A stretch of 64,000 nt of DNA from Chitinophagaceae bacterium (GTDB lineage Bacteria > Bacteroidota > Bacteroidia > Chitinophagales > UBA10324): the NCBI GenBank assembly GCA_016717285.1, contig JADKFU010000005.1, positions 1,735,319 through 1,799,318 on the forward strand, read 5' to 3'. The translations under genes and the position numbers were made by a program. Positions 1 to 8,643 of the stretch are shown here, piece by piece. The notes below the pieces were generated by a model. It made no database searches and had not been told where the DNA came from. It saw nothing but the letters and a program-made list of their open reading frames with translations. Each line of letters starts with the position of its first letter. Position 1 is the first letter of the stretch.

Positions 1-2621
1 TTGGTTGGAATGACTGCGCTTACTGTTCCTGAATTGGCATTGCTGCTGAGCGAACCAATATTTACCGGTGCGTCGAAAGAACCTGTTTTATCTGAAAGCT
101 GTGCGGTATAAATATTTGCGCCGCTAAAAGTGCCGGTGGAAGAAAATGAAACATTCACTGCTGTTCCCGGACAGAAAGGTGAACCGCTTATTGGATTTGT
201 AATTATAGTATTTGCTTCTCCGAGTGTAAAAGGAGAGAAGGAACTGACGGTTGCTGATGTGATAGTGCCGGAAGTATTTGTTCCTGTTGTAGCTGTAACA
301 CCTGCATCTGTCCATTGTGCTCCATCCCAACGTGCAACGGTTAATCCATTCAAATCTGCAAGTGCTTCTGTCGTATTCCATTGCAGTTTCACATTTGCAT
401 TGGCACTGCCATTCCGGTCAAGTGTCCAGTAGGAGAAAGTATTTACGGAAGTAATGGGTGCAAGTACGCTTGTGGTATTGCTGTAGGAAGAAGAAAAATA
501 TTCAGCGGTCCATGTTGTAGAAGAAGTTGATCCAGGCGTCACGCTCAACGGTCTGTAGTTTAATCCTTTGCCGAGTTGAAATAAAAATTCTGCAGTTGAT
601 GTTGTGGTTTTTGAAACGGGTCCATAAACACAACTGAAAGCATTTCCACCAAGGAAGCCACCGGTTGCACCAAATATCAGTTTTGCGCCGGAGGACGTGG
701 TGAGAATCCCGCTCATCAATGTGAAGATGCCGGTTGTATTTACGGGTGAATTACAGGTTGCTCCGGCAGCATTGTTCAATTGAAGATTTCCCCATTCACT
801 GCCGGTTCCGCTTAACGATTGATTGGTAGTTCCACCCAAAATAATTTTTCCGTTTCCTGAATGCATTCCATCGTTTATCACAGTCCCTTTTGTTGTTGCA
901 TCAAATCCGCCATCGGCCAATGTTGTGCCTGCGCCAATTTTTAAAGTGCTGTTTGAAGTGATTGCATTGTTCATTGTTTTAACTCCGCTATTGCTCGTAC
1001 TTAACTGATTGTATGTCCTGTCCGTTATAGACTGTACACCAGCGGCTGAATAGTCAACTGTTCCTGCGCTACTGATTCCATTCAGATTCCAATCGATGTC
1101 AGCGGTTCTGTTTTTGAAAGCAACGGCGGCGGCAGCTTCGGACAACAATCCTTTTCCAAGCCCACCCGAATTTTCAACATACAAAACACCATTTCCACCC
1201 ATAGAAATTGTCGGACCATTGGTTGGCACATAACCGATGTCTTCTGTTTCCGTTTCTGATCCTGCAACTTCGCCACCGTTTTCAATCCGAAGTGTTCCAT
1301 TAACAGTAAGTGTGTTATCGGAATGCATTGCAAGACTTGATCCGTTGGTAATTTTCCAGTTGCCGTTCACCGTCCAGTTGGCCATTGATTCAGAGATCTG
1401 CGCAAGTGTAAGCGAACCAAGCGGACTGGAAGATTGCACATCAGCATCAAATACTTTGAATGCAACACTCAAAGTATTAGGTGTGCCAACAGATCCTCCG
1501 TTCAGATTCATTTGTGGAAAAGCTCCCTGTGAATCAAATAAGCCAAAAAAACAAGTCCTTACCAGGAAATCTTCAGAAGTAAAAGGAATATCAATCGTGT
1601 GTGTTTCGCTGCTGGCCCAGGTCATATTACCTGAAACATTTATCACAGGATTGTTAGGTTCTGTGCCACCGAAGACTTTTGTATTTCCTACGAAAACAAA
1701 AATATCTGTCATATTCCAATCACCGCTGATGGTCAAATCTGTTGCGTTGCCTGCTCCGCCAAAACAATTCGGCCCTAATACACCAAATGCAGTAGCAGCA
1801 TTAGCTTGCGTCATAGAAGGAGAAATGAAGGAGCCATTCACCGACATGGTTACATTGGAGTTGGAGGCATCATTCAAAATCATCGCAGCGTTTACAGTAA
1901 GTGTTGTAACGGAAGTAAAAACATTGACACTCGAAGTAATTTTGGCGGTGCCACTTCCTAATTTGAAATTGGCAAAGCTGTGCGTGATGGTTGCATTGTT
2001 GGTAGCACAACCAATCAGTAAACCTTGCTTGATTACCATAGTGTCTGCAGTAGTAACACTTACATTCAGTTTGGTGGGAGCAGTTTCAGAAGGTGTAAAT
2101 GAACCCGCGCCATAATCAATCACAAATTTTCCTCCTGTATTATTGAGTGTAAGTTTATTCAGGTTGAGTGTATGACTACCGCCAATGGTTTGAGTAACCG
2201 AGTTTCCAATCACCATGTTGCATTTGTTGGAACTGTTCACAAGATTCATAATGCCGTTGTTGGTGAAAGCAATACCATTGTAATTAAAAGTATGAACAGT
2301 CGCTGTTCCAGGCGATGCACAAATAAAAGAACCTGTTCCATTGATTACAAAGTTTCCGGATACGGTCCAGGTGCGCGCTGCTCCGGTCGCATCCCATTGC
2401 AATGTTCCATTTACAGTTACATTGATAATATTATTTGGATTGATATTAATGGTAACAATATGGCCGGTGCTGATCACCACATCGTCGTTGGCAACAGGCA
2501 CTGTACCACCCCATATGCTGGGATTATTCCAGTCACCTGAAGTAGTAGTAGTGCGCACTGTTGCAAATGAAGTAACAGAAAGAAGAATGCTTGCCAGAAG
2601 CAGAAGGGTAATTTTTTTCAT
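1..2621 (-). CDS. Large secreted cell-surface repeat/adhesin-like protein; N-terminus complete, C-terminus cut by the window edge
   Basis: Hand translation of the minus strand from ATG at 2621-2619 gives MKKITLLLLASILLSVTSFATVRTTTTSGDWNNPSIWGG... (signal peptide). The frame stays open for ~873 codons to position 1. It is absent from the ORF track because no stop lies in the window. The + strand ORFs listed here (1237..2115, 2172..2540 etc.) are antisense shadows. The last ~65 aa (NPISGSPFCPGTAVNVSFSSTGTFSGANIYTAQLSDKTGSFDAPVNIGS) are homologous to the N-terminal module of CDS 44941..46113. Confidence 0.75.
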   Translation of the reverse strand, partial: MKKITLLLLASILLSVTSFATVRTTTTSGDWNNPSIWGGTVPVANDDVVISTGHIVTININPNNIINVTVNGTLQWDATGAARTWTVSGNFVINGTGSFICASPGTATVHTFNYNGIAFTNNGIMNLVNSSNKCNMVIGNSVTQTIGGSHTLNLNKLTLNNTGGKFVIDYGAGSFTPSETAPTKLNVSVTTADTMVIKQGLLIGCATNNATITHSFANFKLGSGTAKITSSVNVFTSVTTLTVNAAMILNDASNSNVTMSVNGSFISPSMTQANAATAFGVLGPNCFGGAGNATDLTISGDWNMTDIFVFVGNTKVFGGTEPNNPVINVSGNMTWASSETHTIDIPFTSEDFLVRTCFFGLFDSQGAFPQMNLNGGSVGTPNTLSVAFKVFDADVQSSSPLGSLTLAQISESMANWTVNGNWKITNGSSLAMHSDNTLTVNGTLRIENGGEVAGSETETEDIGYVPTNGPTISMGGNGVLYVENSGGLGKGLLSEAAAAVAFKNRTADIDWNLNGISSAGTVDYSAAGVQSITDRTYNQLSTSNSGVKTMNNAITSNSTLKIGAGTTLADGGFDATTKGTVINDGMHSGNGKIILGGTTNQSLSGTGSEWGNLQLNNAAGATCNSPVNTTGIFTLMSGILTTSSGAKLIFGATGGFLGGNAFSCVYGPVSKTTTSTAEFLFQLGKGLNYRPLSVTPGSTSSTTWTAEYFSSSYSNTTSVLAPITSVNTFSYWTLDRNGSANANVKLQWNTTEALADLNGLTVARWDGAQWTDAGVTATTGTNTSGTITSATVSSFSPFTLGEANTIITNPISGSPFCPGTAVNVSFSSTGTFSGANIYTAQLSDKTGSFDAPVNIGSLSSNANSGTVSAVIPT

Positions 2622-2781
2622 GCGGGATGGATTTTTGGGATTGAATGAGTAAATGTATATTTTTATTTTTAGGATGAAAATGGGGAGTTGTTTATTTTAA
2701 TCGTTGCCGTCTGACTAAATTTTGGGACATTATCGTCATCCCAAACTTGTTTCAGGATATCATCATCGATTGAGGGATGCC

Positions 2782-2932
2782 GAAATAAATTCGGCATGAC
2801 GGTAGTTTAACTGTGTCCCAAATTACCGTCATCCCGAACTTGTTTCAGGATCTCATCATCGATTGACTGATCCCGAAACAAGTTCAGGATCTCCATATTC
2901 GAACGGATGCCGAAATAAATTCGGCATGACGG
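2782..2932 (+). repeat. 151-nt higher-order repeat unit, copy 1 (3 mismatches to copies 2 and 3)
   Basis: Base-by-base comparison with 3230..3380. The only differences are in ACTGTGTCCC vs ACTCTGTCTC and CATCCCGAAC vs CATCCTGAAC. Confidence 0.85.
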
Positions 2933-3229
2933 TTTTGGCTACGGTTTGACGATCGGTTCAGCGTCTACCATACACACGTCGTCCCAAATTACCGTCATCC
3001 TGAACTTGTTTCAGGATCTCGAACTCTGTCCCAATTAGGTGGTCCGGGGCAATGTCCAATTGAGCAGATGCCAAAGGGGGGCCGCTTCCCGCGTTTCGGT
3101 CCCATATTCGAACGGATGCCGAAATAAATTCGGCATGACGGTAGTTTAACTCTGTCCCAAATTACGGTCATCCCGAACTAGTTTTCCGAAGGATCCTGGG
3201 GGCAGGATGTCCATATTCGAGCAGATGCC

Positions 3230-3380
3230 GAAATAAATTCGGCATGACGGTAGTTTAACTCTGTCTCAAATTACCGTCATCCTGAACTTGTTTCAGGATC
3301 TCATCATCGATTGACTGATCCCGAAACAAGTTCAGGATCTCCATATTCGAACGGATGCCGAAATAAATTCGGCATGACGG
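3230..3380 (+). repeat. 151-nt higher-order repeat unit, copy 2 (identical to copy 3)
   Basis: GAAATAAATTCGGCATGACGGTAGTTTAACTCTGTCTCAAATTACCGTCATCCTGAACTTGTTTCAGGATCTCATCATCGATTGACTGATCCCGAAACAAGTTCAGGATCTCCATATTCGAACGGATGCCGAAATAAATTCGGCATGACGG, compared by eye with 4023..4173: identical. Confidence 0.9.
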
Positions 3381-3587
3381 TTTTGGCTACGGTATGACGA
3401 TCGGTTCCGCGTCTTCCATACACACGTCGTCACAAATTACCGTCATCCCGAACTTGTTTTCCGAAGGATCCTGCGGGCAGGATCTCCACATTCGAACGGA
3501 TGCCGAAATAAATTCGGCATGACGGTTTTGGGTACTATATGACGATCGGTTCACCGTCTCCCAAACAAACGCAGTCCCAAATTACCG

Positions 3588-3959
3588 TCATCCCGAACTA
3601 GTTTCGGGATCTCTCCGGCGGAGTTCATACTCTTTTCGCATATCCTCCCTAAAGGTTTTTATTTCATCAGGAGTAAACCAATCATGAGCCAGGTCCAATA
3701 AAGATTTGTTAAAGGATTTTGCCTGATTCCATTTCCACTTGCTGTGCCAGTTCTTTAATTGTTTTTCTCTTTCAATCGCAGCGATCATGGAAGGATGTTT
3801 TTCATAATAGATAAGATCAACAAGATTATATTTTGCTGCGAATGATGACCCGATTCCTGCTTTGTGCTCAAGCATCCTTTTTTCAAGATCACTTGTAACG
3901 CCGATGTAAATGGTTGTTCGGTTTTTATTGGAAATAAAATAAACTGCGGGATGTTTCAT
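3588..3959 (-). CDS. GIY-YIG nuclease superfamily protein (small UPF0213/YhbQ-like type)
   Basis: ATG at 3959 gives MKHPAVYFISNKNRTTIYIGVTSDLEKRMLEHKAG...YYE...IAAIEREKQLKNW, the GIY..YIG N-terminal motif followed by conserved R/E/N positions. The longer track ORF (to 3989) begins inside a repeat unit. The last residues RRDPETSSG and the TGA stop are encoded by repeat motif M1. Confidence 0.85.
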   Translation of the reverse strand: MKHPAVYFISNKNRTTIYIGVTSDLEKRMLEHKAGIGSSFAAKYNLVDLIYYEKHPSMIAAIEREKQLKNWHSKWKWNQAKSFNKSLLDLAHDWFTPDEIKTFREDMRKEYELRRRDPETSSG

Positions 3960-4022
3960 GAATACTAATATACACGTCATCCCGAACATGTTTCTGGACT
4001 TTTCTATTGATTGAGGGATGCT

Positions 4023-4173
4023 GAAATAAATTCGGCATGACGGTAGTTTAACTCTGTCTCAAATTACCGTCATCCTGAACTTGTTTCAGGATCTCATCAT
4101 CGATTGACTGATCCCGAAACAAGTTCAGGATCTCCATATTCGAACGGATGCCGAAATAAATTCGGCATGACGG
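4023..4173 (+). repeat. 151-nt higher-order repeat unit, copy 3 (identical to copy 2), on the other side of the GIY-YIG gene
   Basis: Perfect direct repeat of 3230..3380. Confidence 0.9.
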
Positions 4174-4429
4174 TAGTTTAACTCTGTCCCAAATTACGGT
4201 CATCCCGAACTAGTTTCAGGATCTCATCATCGATTGATTGATCCCGAACTTGTTTAGTGATCTCCCAATTCGAGCAGATGCCGAAATAAATTCGGCATGA
4301 CGGTTTTGGGTACGGTATGACGATTGGAAAATTCTACCCGCGTAATATCAGTAGAAATTCACAATGCATTCTTCGGTATTGAAATCCTTTTCACAAGAAG
4401 CAGTATGTTAGCAGTTGAAAAGAACACTT

Positions 4430-5188
4430 ATGAAACAAAAACTTTTATCCTTCATGATGCTTATGGGAGCGCTCGCATTCTTCACCCATCATCTTGCCGC
4501 TCAATGCATTCCCAACAATGATACAGTGGTAGGAATAGAACCGGATACTTTATCGGTGGCTTACGTGGGAGTTCCATATGAACAAATTATTTATTTCAAA
4601 ATACCACTCGATACCAGTATTCAATTTGGCCCATATACGGTGCCAATAGTGGTTGACTCCTTAGTGATAACAAGTTATTCAGGATTGCCACCATCGTTTT
4701 CATTGTCTTGTAATACGGCATCATGCACCTTGCTTGGCGGACAAAACGGATGTGCTTCCATCAGCGGAACAGCTACAGAATCAGAACTGGGATATCATCC
4801 TTTGAAGGTGTATGTAACAACCTACGTATCTGATACTTTGGGTACAACTATAGGTGGATTTCCGGACTCCATCGACTTTTATTTTTTGGATATTCAACTG
4901 CCTGCAGGAATTGCTAATACGTCATCAGGAAATTGGGAGATGGGATATCTGTATCCCAATCCGTCCAACCAAAAAATTTTGATTTCGGTTACGGCTCCCA
5001 TCAATACAATTGCAGAATTATCAGTGAAAGATATTTCAGGTAGGGAAATAAAACGGGAACAAGTGGAATTGAAAAAAGGGAGCCACGCGAATTGGATTGA
5101 TATTTCTTCACTGCCGGATGGTTGCTATTTTATTCAGTTGAATGCAAAGGGATATCATGCAAATGCAAAATTCCAGGTGATGCATTAA
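4430..5188 (+). CDS. Secreted hypothetical protein with T9SS (Por) C-terminal sorting domain
   Basis: ATG at 4430 gives MKQKLLSFMMLMGALAFFTHHLAAQ (signal peptide). The C-terminal ~80 aa, LYPNPSNQKILISV...GCYFIQLNAKGYHANAKFQVMH, fit the T9SS type A CTD pattern. Confidence 0.7.
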   Translation: MKQKLLSFMMLMGALAFFTHHLAAQCIPNNDTVVGIEPDTLSVAYVGVPYEQIIYFKIPLDTSIQFGPYTVPIVVDSLVITSYSGLPPSFSLSCNTASCTLLGGQNGCASISGTATESELGYHPLKVYVTTYVSDTLGTTIGGFPDSIDFYFLDIQLPAGIANTSSGNWEMGYLYPNPSNQKILISVTAPINTIAELSVKDISGREIKREQVELKKGSHANWIDISSLPDGCYFIQLNAKGYHANAKFQVMH

Positions 5189-5232
5189 TAAAGTTGTTTT
5201 TTTATTAAGGAATGTGAGATTGTTTTTTCACG

Positions 5233-5586
5233 TCACATGATGTAAGGAAAAAACACAATCACTCCGATTGCTACTGCGGTTAACGCTGCAATTAAAACGG
5301 CACCTGCCGAAATGTCTTTTACAATACCTGCCCTTTCATCAAATTCCGGCGCTACCATATCGGTAAGTTTCTCAACTGCAGTATTCAGATATTCTGTTAT
5401 GAAAACTAAACCTATCGCGAAGATTAACAACAGCCATTCCATTCGCATCAGGTGAAAATAAAATCCAAGTGCTGATACTAGCATTGCAGCGAGGAGGTGA
5501 ATCCGCAAATTATTTTCTGAGAGGAAAGCCGACTTAATACCTGTGAGAGCGGGTACAAAACTCTTTATCATTTTAATCAGATTCAT
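5233..5586 (-). CDS. dgkA: Diacylglycerol kinase family protein (prokaryotic DAGK/DgkA type)
   Basis: 117 aa with three hydrophobic helices and the motif ITEYLNTAVEKLTDMV typical of the DAGK_prokar family. Confidence 0.85.
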   Translation of the reverse strand: MNLIKMIKSFVPALTGIKSAFLSENNLRIHLLAAMLVSALGFYFHLMRMEWLLLIFAIGLVFITEYLNTAVEKLTDMVAPEFDERAGIVKDISAGAVLIAALTAVAIGVIVFFPYIM

Positions 5587-5592
5587 AGCGCA

Positions 5593-6264
5593 TTATTTCT
5601 TGTGAGTAGATTTTACAAAGTAAAAAAGAAAAGGATAGGTGATGCCCATTAATATAGAAAACATCGCAATCATAGCCAGGGAAGAAGGCGTTAAAATGGT
5701 GTCATGCACATCATGCAACAATGGAATCGGGCTGGTAAAAATATCCCAACTGTTCCATCTTAAAATTCTACCGATATAAATTCCGTATCCGCTCATGGCA
5801 ATCAGCAGCATAATCATCAGCCATGATTTCCACGATGCAAAAGCGTGGTGCAACATCCGGTGTATCATGTATAAAGAAGAAAGTCCGAGAATGAATCCTG
5901 TGAAAGCAAAGCAAAAAACCATCGTCGCATCAAACCAAATGGGAATACCGGAACGTGTCCGCATGTGAACAATGTCGGTAATAATGTAAGGAGCATTTGG
6001 AAAAAAGAGCAACCAGAATAATGCCGGCAACAGAATACTTATCATATGACCACCGAGGAAATAATTCCGGTAGGCCCAATAAGCGAAAATAAAAGGAAGC
6101 CATGCGAGAAATAAATTCCAAAGCAAAAACCCATAGTAAGTATCATTGGTATAAAGTGTCCGGACGCTATACAACACAATCATAAATAAAGTAAGCAGCA
6201 CAGACATAACCGTAACATTTGTTTTACGGGATTCAGAAGTAAACAATTGCAGGATGTTTTTCAT
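5593..6264 (-). CDS. Polytopic membrane protein, DUF1361-like
   Basis: LLWNLFLAWLPFIFAY and FFPNAPYIITDIVHM resemble the DUF1361 signature. Its start overlaps the upstream gene by 4 nt. The family assignment is from memory, not from a search. Confidence 0.6.
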   Translation of the reverse strand: MKNILQLFTSESRKTNVTVMSVLLTLFMIVLYSVRTLYTNDTYYGFLLWNLFLAWLPFIFAYWAYRNYFLGGHMISILLPALFWLLFFPNAPYIITDIVHMRTRSGIPIWFDATMVFCFAFTGFILGLSSLYMIHRMLHHAFASWKSWLMIMLLIAMSGYGIYIGRILRWNSWDIFTSPIPLLHDVHDTILTPSSLAMIAMFSILMGITYPFLFYFVKSTHKK

Positions 6265-6764
6265 GAGTTATAGTTTGTTGAAGAAGTGGTGAAAGAAAGT
6301 TGCAGCACCAGGTTGCGGCAAATGAAAAGGAGAATAAACCCAATAACGCCGAATGAGCAATCAATTAGCCGGTGAAATAAAGGTATTTCACGAATGGGTC
6401 CGGCAATGAAGGCCAGTGGAATTACCATGATGCAGGCAATAAGTCCCCAATCGATGACCCAACTGTTTTTAACCGGATCTTTCAATGGCCCTAGAAATGC
6501 AGTGGCAATAACAAGATGAGCGAATGCCAGCCAATCAGTTCCATAGGCAATGAAAGGATATCTTTCAGCCGTGAGCATCAAACCGGTTGAAACACGATGA
6601 ATCCAGGAAGCAAATGGGTTGTGAATATTATTGTTAAGCAACCATTGATCAAAAAACTGCAATTCAGTATTGAGCGGAAAAGCAGTAACACCACTTAATA
6701 CCAATCCGATGATGACAAGTAGAATGAGCAGGTGGAGGCGTCTTTTTATTTTTTGATGGCTCAT
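6261..6764 (-). CDS. Hypothetical integral membrane protein
   Basis: 167 aa with 4-5 hydrophobic segments. It has 4-nt start/stop overlaps with both neighbours (translational coupling). Confidence 0.55.
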   Translation of the reverse strand: MSHQKIKRRLHLLILLVIIGLVLSGVTAFPLNTELQFFDQWLLNNNIHNPFASWIHRVSTGLMLTAERYPFIAYGTDWLAFAHLVIATAFLGPLKDPVKNSWVIDWGLIACIMVIPLAFIAGPIREIPLFHRLIDCSFGVIGFILLFICRNLVLQLSFTTSSTNYNS

Positions 6765-8299
6765 TGCAATTGAGGTTGTGTTTTCAGGTACCTGTAAATA
6801 CGGTCATCTGCATAATTCCAGGAAGGCCATGAGGAGCTTTCATAAAATTGCATGAATGACTGGCTTTTCATTTTTATCCAATGCTCAAGCGGTGTGAGTT
6901 CACCCGCAGGTAATGCGGGATCAGGTTCAAACCGATGATCATACTCAATAATGACTGGCAGTGCGCGGTGTGACAAGGTCATCAGGAAATCCCGGTCAAC
7001 ATGTTCACTATCGAAATGGGTGAGGTTGTAAGTGGCAATCAACGGATCCCAATTAAAACAACTCATCAACACCAGCAAAGCACAAATAGCCCAGCTTTCC
7101 ATTTTATAGATGTAAAAAAATGATCGTTTGTCTCTGATCTTGATAAAGAGCATGATGAGTGAGAAAAGAATCAATAACAGAAAAAAGATGACGCCGATTC
7201 TTTTATAGGCCAATCCATAGTCGCGGATGTAGTAATAATTTCTGATTGCCACCGTGAAAGCCAGGAAAGTATTTTGAGCAATCCACAAGTATGACAATTG
7301 CTGCAATCGCTTATTGTCTCTCAAAAAATTAATATTGCCCCTGAAAAAGAAAAGGAGGATACACATTGCAATGGCAATGCTGAAGAGCAGGAGATAAGTG
7401 CTTTCATGCAATGACTGCGACCTGGAATAAGGAGAAGCAGCAATTACATTTTCAAACCAAACCATTTTGATATCCACCACATTCACAAACAATAGCAGCA
7501 CATTCACCATAATCAAAAGCATAATGGCACGGTTATATTCATTTTTCAAACTGCGCATTGACTTTCTGAAAAAGAGCTGCCACCATTCTATCTCATCTGA
7601 CTTGCCTGTGGGTTTTGATTTCTTCCGCCACAGCATATTACTTTGGAGTAATTCCTGCCTTACAACGAGCTGATTATCGCGGTTGATTAGAATGGCGGCT
7701 GAGATCAGCAAAGAGAAAATAAAGAAGATAATAGTATCAGGAGAAATATAGCTAAAGAACAAATCCAATTTATCAAACAAATAAGTGAACAGTTGATTTG
7801 ATACCTGGTCGAATTGTTGATCAGCAATTGAATACAGAATGAAAAAGAAAAAAACTACGAGCAAGGGAACAATGCTCAGCCGGAGATATTTCAACAGCAA
7901 TGAAGCTCGTGAACTTGATTTTCCTATAAATTCCAATCCGTTCCACCACGACAATGGTGAAGTTATTAATCCAAATAATGTTGTCAATAAAGCACTTCCG
8001 GCAGATCGCAACCGGGACTGGTGAGCGAATCCAATCATCACCCCAAACAGAATCCAGAAAGAAATGATACTGATATCTGTATTAAAGGCAATAATGAAAA
8101 ATGCTGCCAGCAATGCAGCGGCAAATGTTACTTTGACTGAGGTAAGCCTGAGCATTCCAGGAGTAATGATGGCAAGTGCTGATGATGATAAAAGGAAAAA
8201 AATCAGCACATTGATTCCAGGCGTTTCATTCCTGAAAAGAAAATAAAAGATAGTTGCCATCAGCAAAGCAGGCAGGTAAACAGTTGCATTTTGTTTCAT
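6761..8299 (-). CDS. Large polytopic membrane protein of unknown function (possibly DUF4153/DUF4173-type)
   Basis: More than 10 hydrophobic segments. The preferred start is ATG at 8299 (MKQNATVYLPALLMATIFYF), because the conserved leader element abuts it. The track ORF extends to 8338. Confidence 0.6.
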   Translation of the reverse strand: MKQNATVYLPALLMATIFYFLFRNETPGINVLIFFLLSSSALAIITPGMLRLTSVKVTFAAALLAAFFIIAFNTDISIISFWILFGVMIGFAHQSRLRSAGSALLTTLFGLITSPLSWWNGLEFIGKSSSRASLLLKYLRLSIVPLLVVFFFFILYSIADQQFDQVSNQLFTYLFDKLDLFFSYISPDTIIFFIFSLLISAAILINRDNQLVVRQELLQSNMLWRKKSKPTGKSDEIEWWQLFFRKSMRSLKNEYNRAIMLLIMVNVLLLFVNVVDIKMVWFENVIAASPYSRSQSLHESTYLLLFSIAIAMCILLFFFRGNINFLRDNKRLQQLSYLWIAQNTFLAFTVAIRNYYYIRDYGLAYKRIGVIFFLLLILFSLIMLFIKIRDKRSFFYIYKMESWAICALLVLMSCFNWDPLIATYNLTHFDSEHVDRDFLMTLSHRALPVIIEYDHRFEPDPALPAGELTPLEHWIKMKSQSFMQFYESSSWPSWNYADDRIYRYLKTQPQLQ

Positions 8300-8336
8300 G
8301 AAATTAAAAGTGCTTTTTATTACAAAGTGAAAAGAC
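8300..8336 (-). promoter_or_regulatory. Conserved leader/operator-like element, copy 2, abutting the start codon at 8299
   Basis: Sense strand: TCTTTTCACTTTGTAATAAAAAGCACTTTTAATTTC-ATG. It aligns with the element at 9261..9292 at about 24 of 29 positions and has two (C/T)ACTTT half-sites 17 nt apart. Confidence 0.4.
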
Positions 8337-8343
8337 AAAAAAA

Positions 8344-8643
8344 TTATTTATTGTTTTTGATCAGCTTTTCCAATGCAGCGAGGTGATCTTTAAATGCTTT
8401 CTTTCCGGCAGCAGTGGCGCTGTAAGAGGTATTTGTTTTTTTTCCGAGAAAACTTTTTTTAACAACCAGGTAATTGCTTTTTTCAAGTGCTGCAATATGC
8501 GTGGCTAAATTGCCATCTGTTAGTTGCAACAGTTCCTTCATGGTAATAAAATCAATCTTGTCATGCACCATCAGCAACGACATGATGCCCAGCCGCTGCC
8601 TGCTTTCAAAAGATTTATTAATGAGTGTGATGATCTCTTTCAT
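8344..8643 (-). CDS. Winged-helix transcriptional regulator (ArsR/MarR-like, HTH_34-type)
   Basis: 99 aa: RLGIMSLLMVHDKIDFITMKELLQLTDGNLATHIAALEKSNYLVVKK, a typical wHTH. ATGA overlap with the upstream membrane-protein gene. Confidence 0.75.
   Translation of the reverse strand: MKEIITLINKSFESRQRLGIMSLLMVHDKIDFITMKELLQLTDGNLATHIAALEKSNYLVVKKSFLGKKTNTSYSATAAGKKAFKDHLAALEKLIKNNK

Larger units (their letters stand above)
2725..4325. repeat. Mosaic array of nested palindromic repeats (REP/BIME-like) surrounding a GIY-YIG gene
   Basis: Hand count: 10 copies of motif M1 (CCGTCATCC[C/T]GAACT[T/A]GTTT, at about 2734, 2826, 2992, 3165, 3274, 3440, 3585, 3976, 4068, 4196). 9 copies of hairpin motif M2 (ATGCCGAA-ATAAA-TTCGGCAT followed by GACGG, at 2777, 2907, 3116, 3225, 3355, 3500, 4018, 4148, 4278). 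They are joined by a small set of recurring linkers that are themselves hairpins. Confidence 0.9.

Noticed and set aside
1237-2652. Plus-strand ORFs of 292, 122 and 103 aa.
   Set aside because: They are antisense to a continuous 873-codon minus-strand frame with a signal peptide and homology to another surface protein, and their sequences are low-complexity shadow translations.
3588-3959. GIY-YIG ORF as an intron- or intein-borne homing endonuclease.
   Set aside because: There is no interrupted host gene and no group I intron-like structure around it. The gene sits in intergenic repeat DNA.
2725-4325. Possible CRISPR array, given the many copies of a ~28-nt palindromic repeat.
   Set aside because: The spacers are not unique. 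The intervening segments are drawn from a handful of recurring cassettes and are themselves repeated, up to a 151-nt perfect duplicate. The repeats occur in both orientations, spacing is irregular, and no cas genes are nearby.
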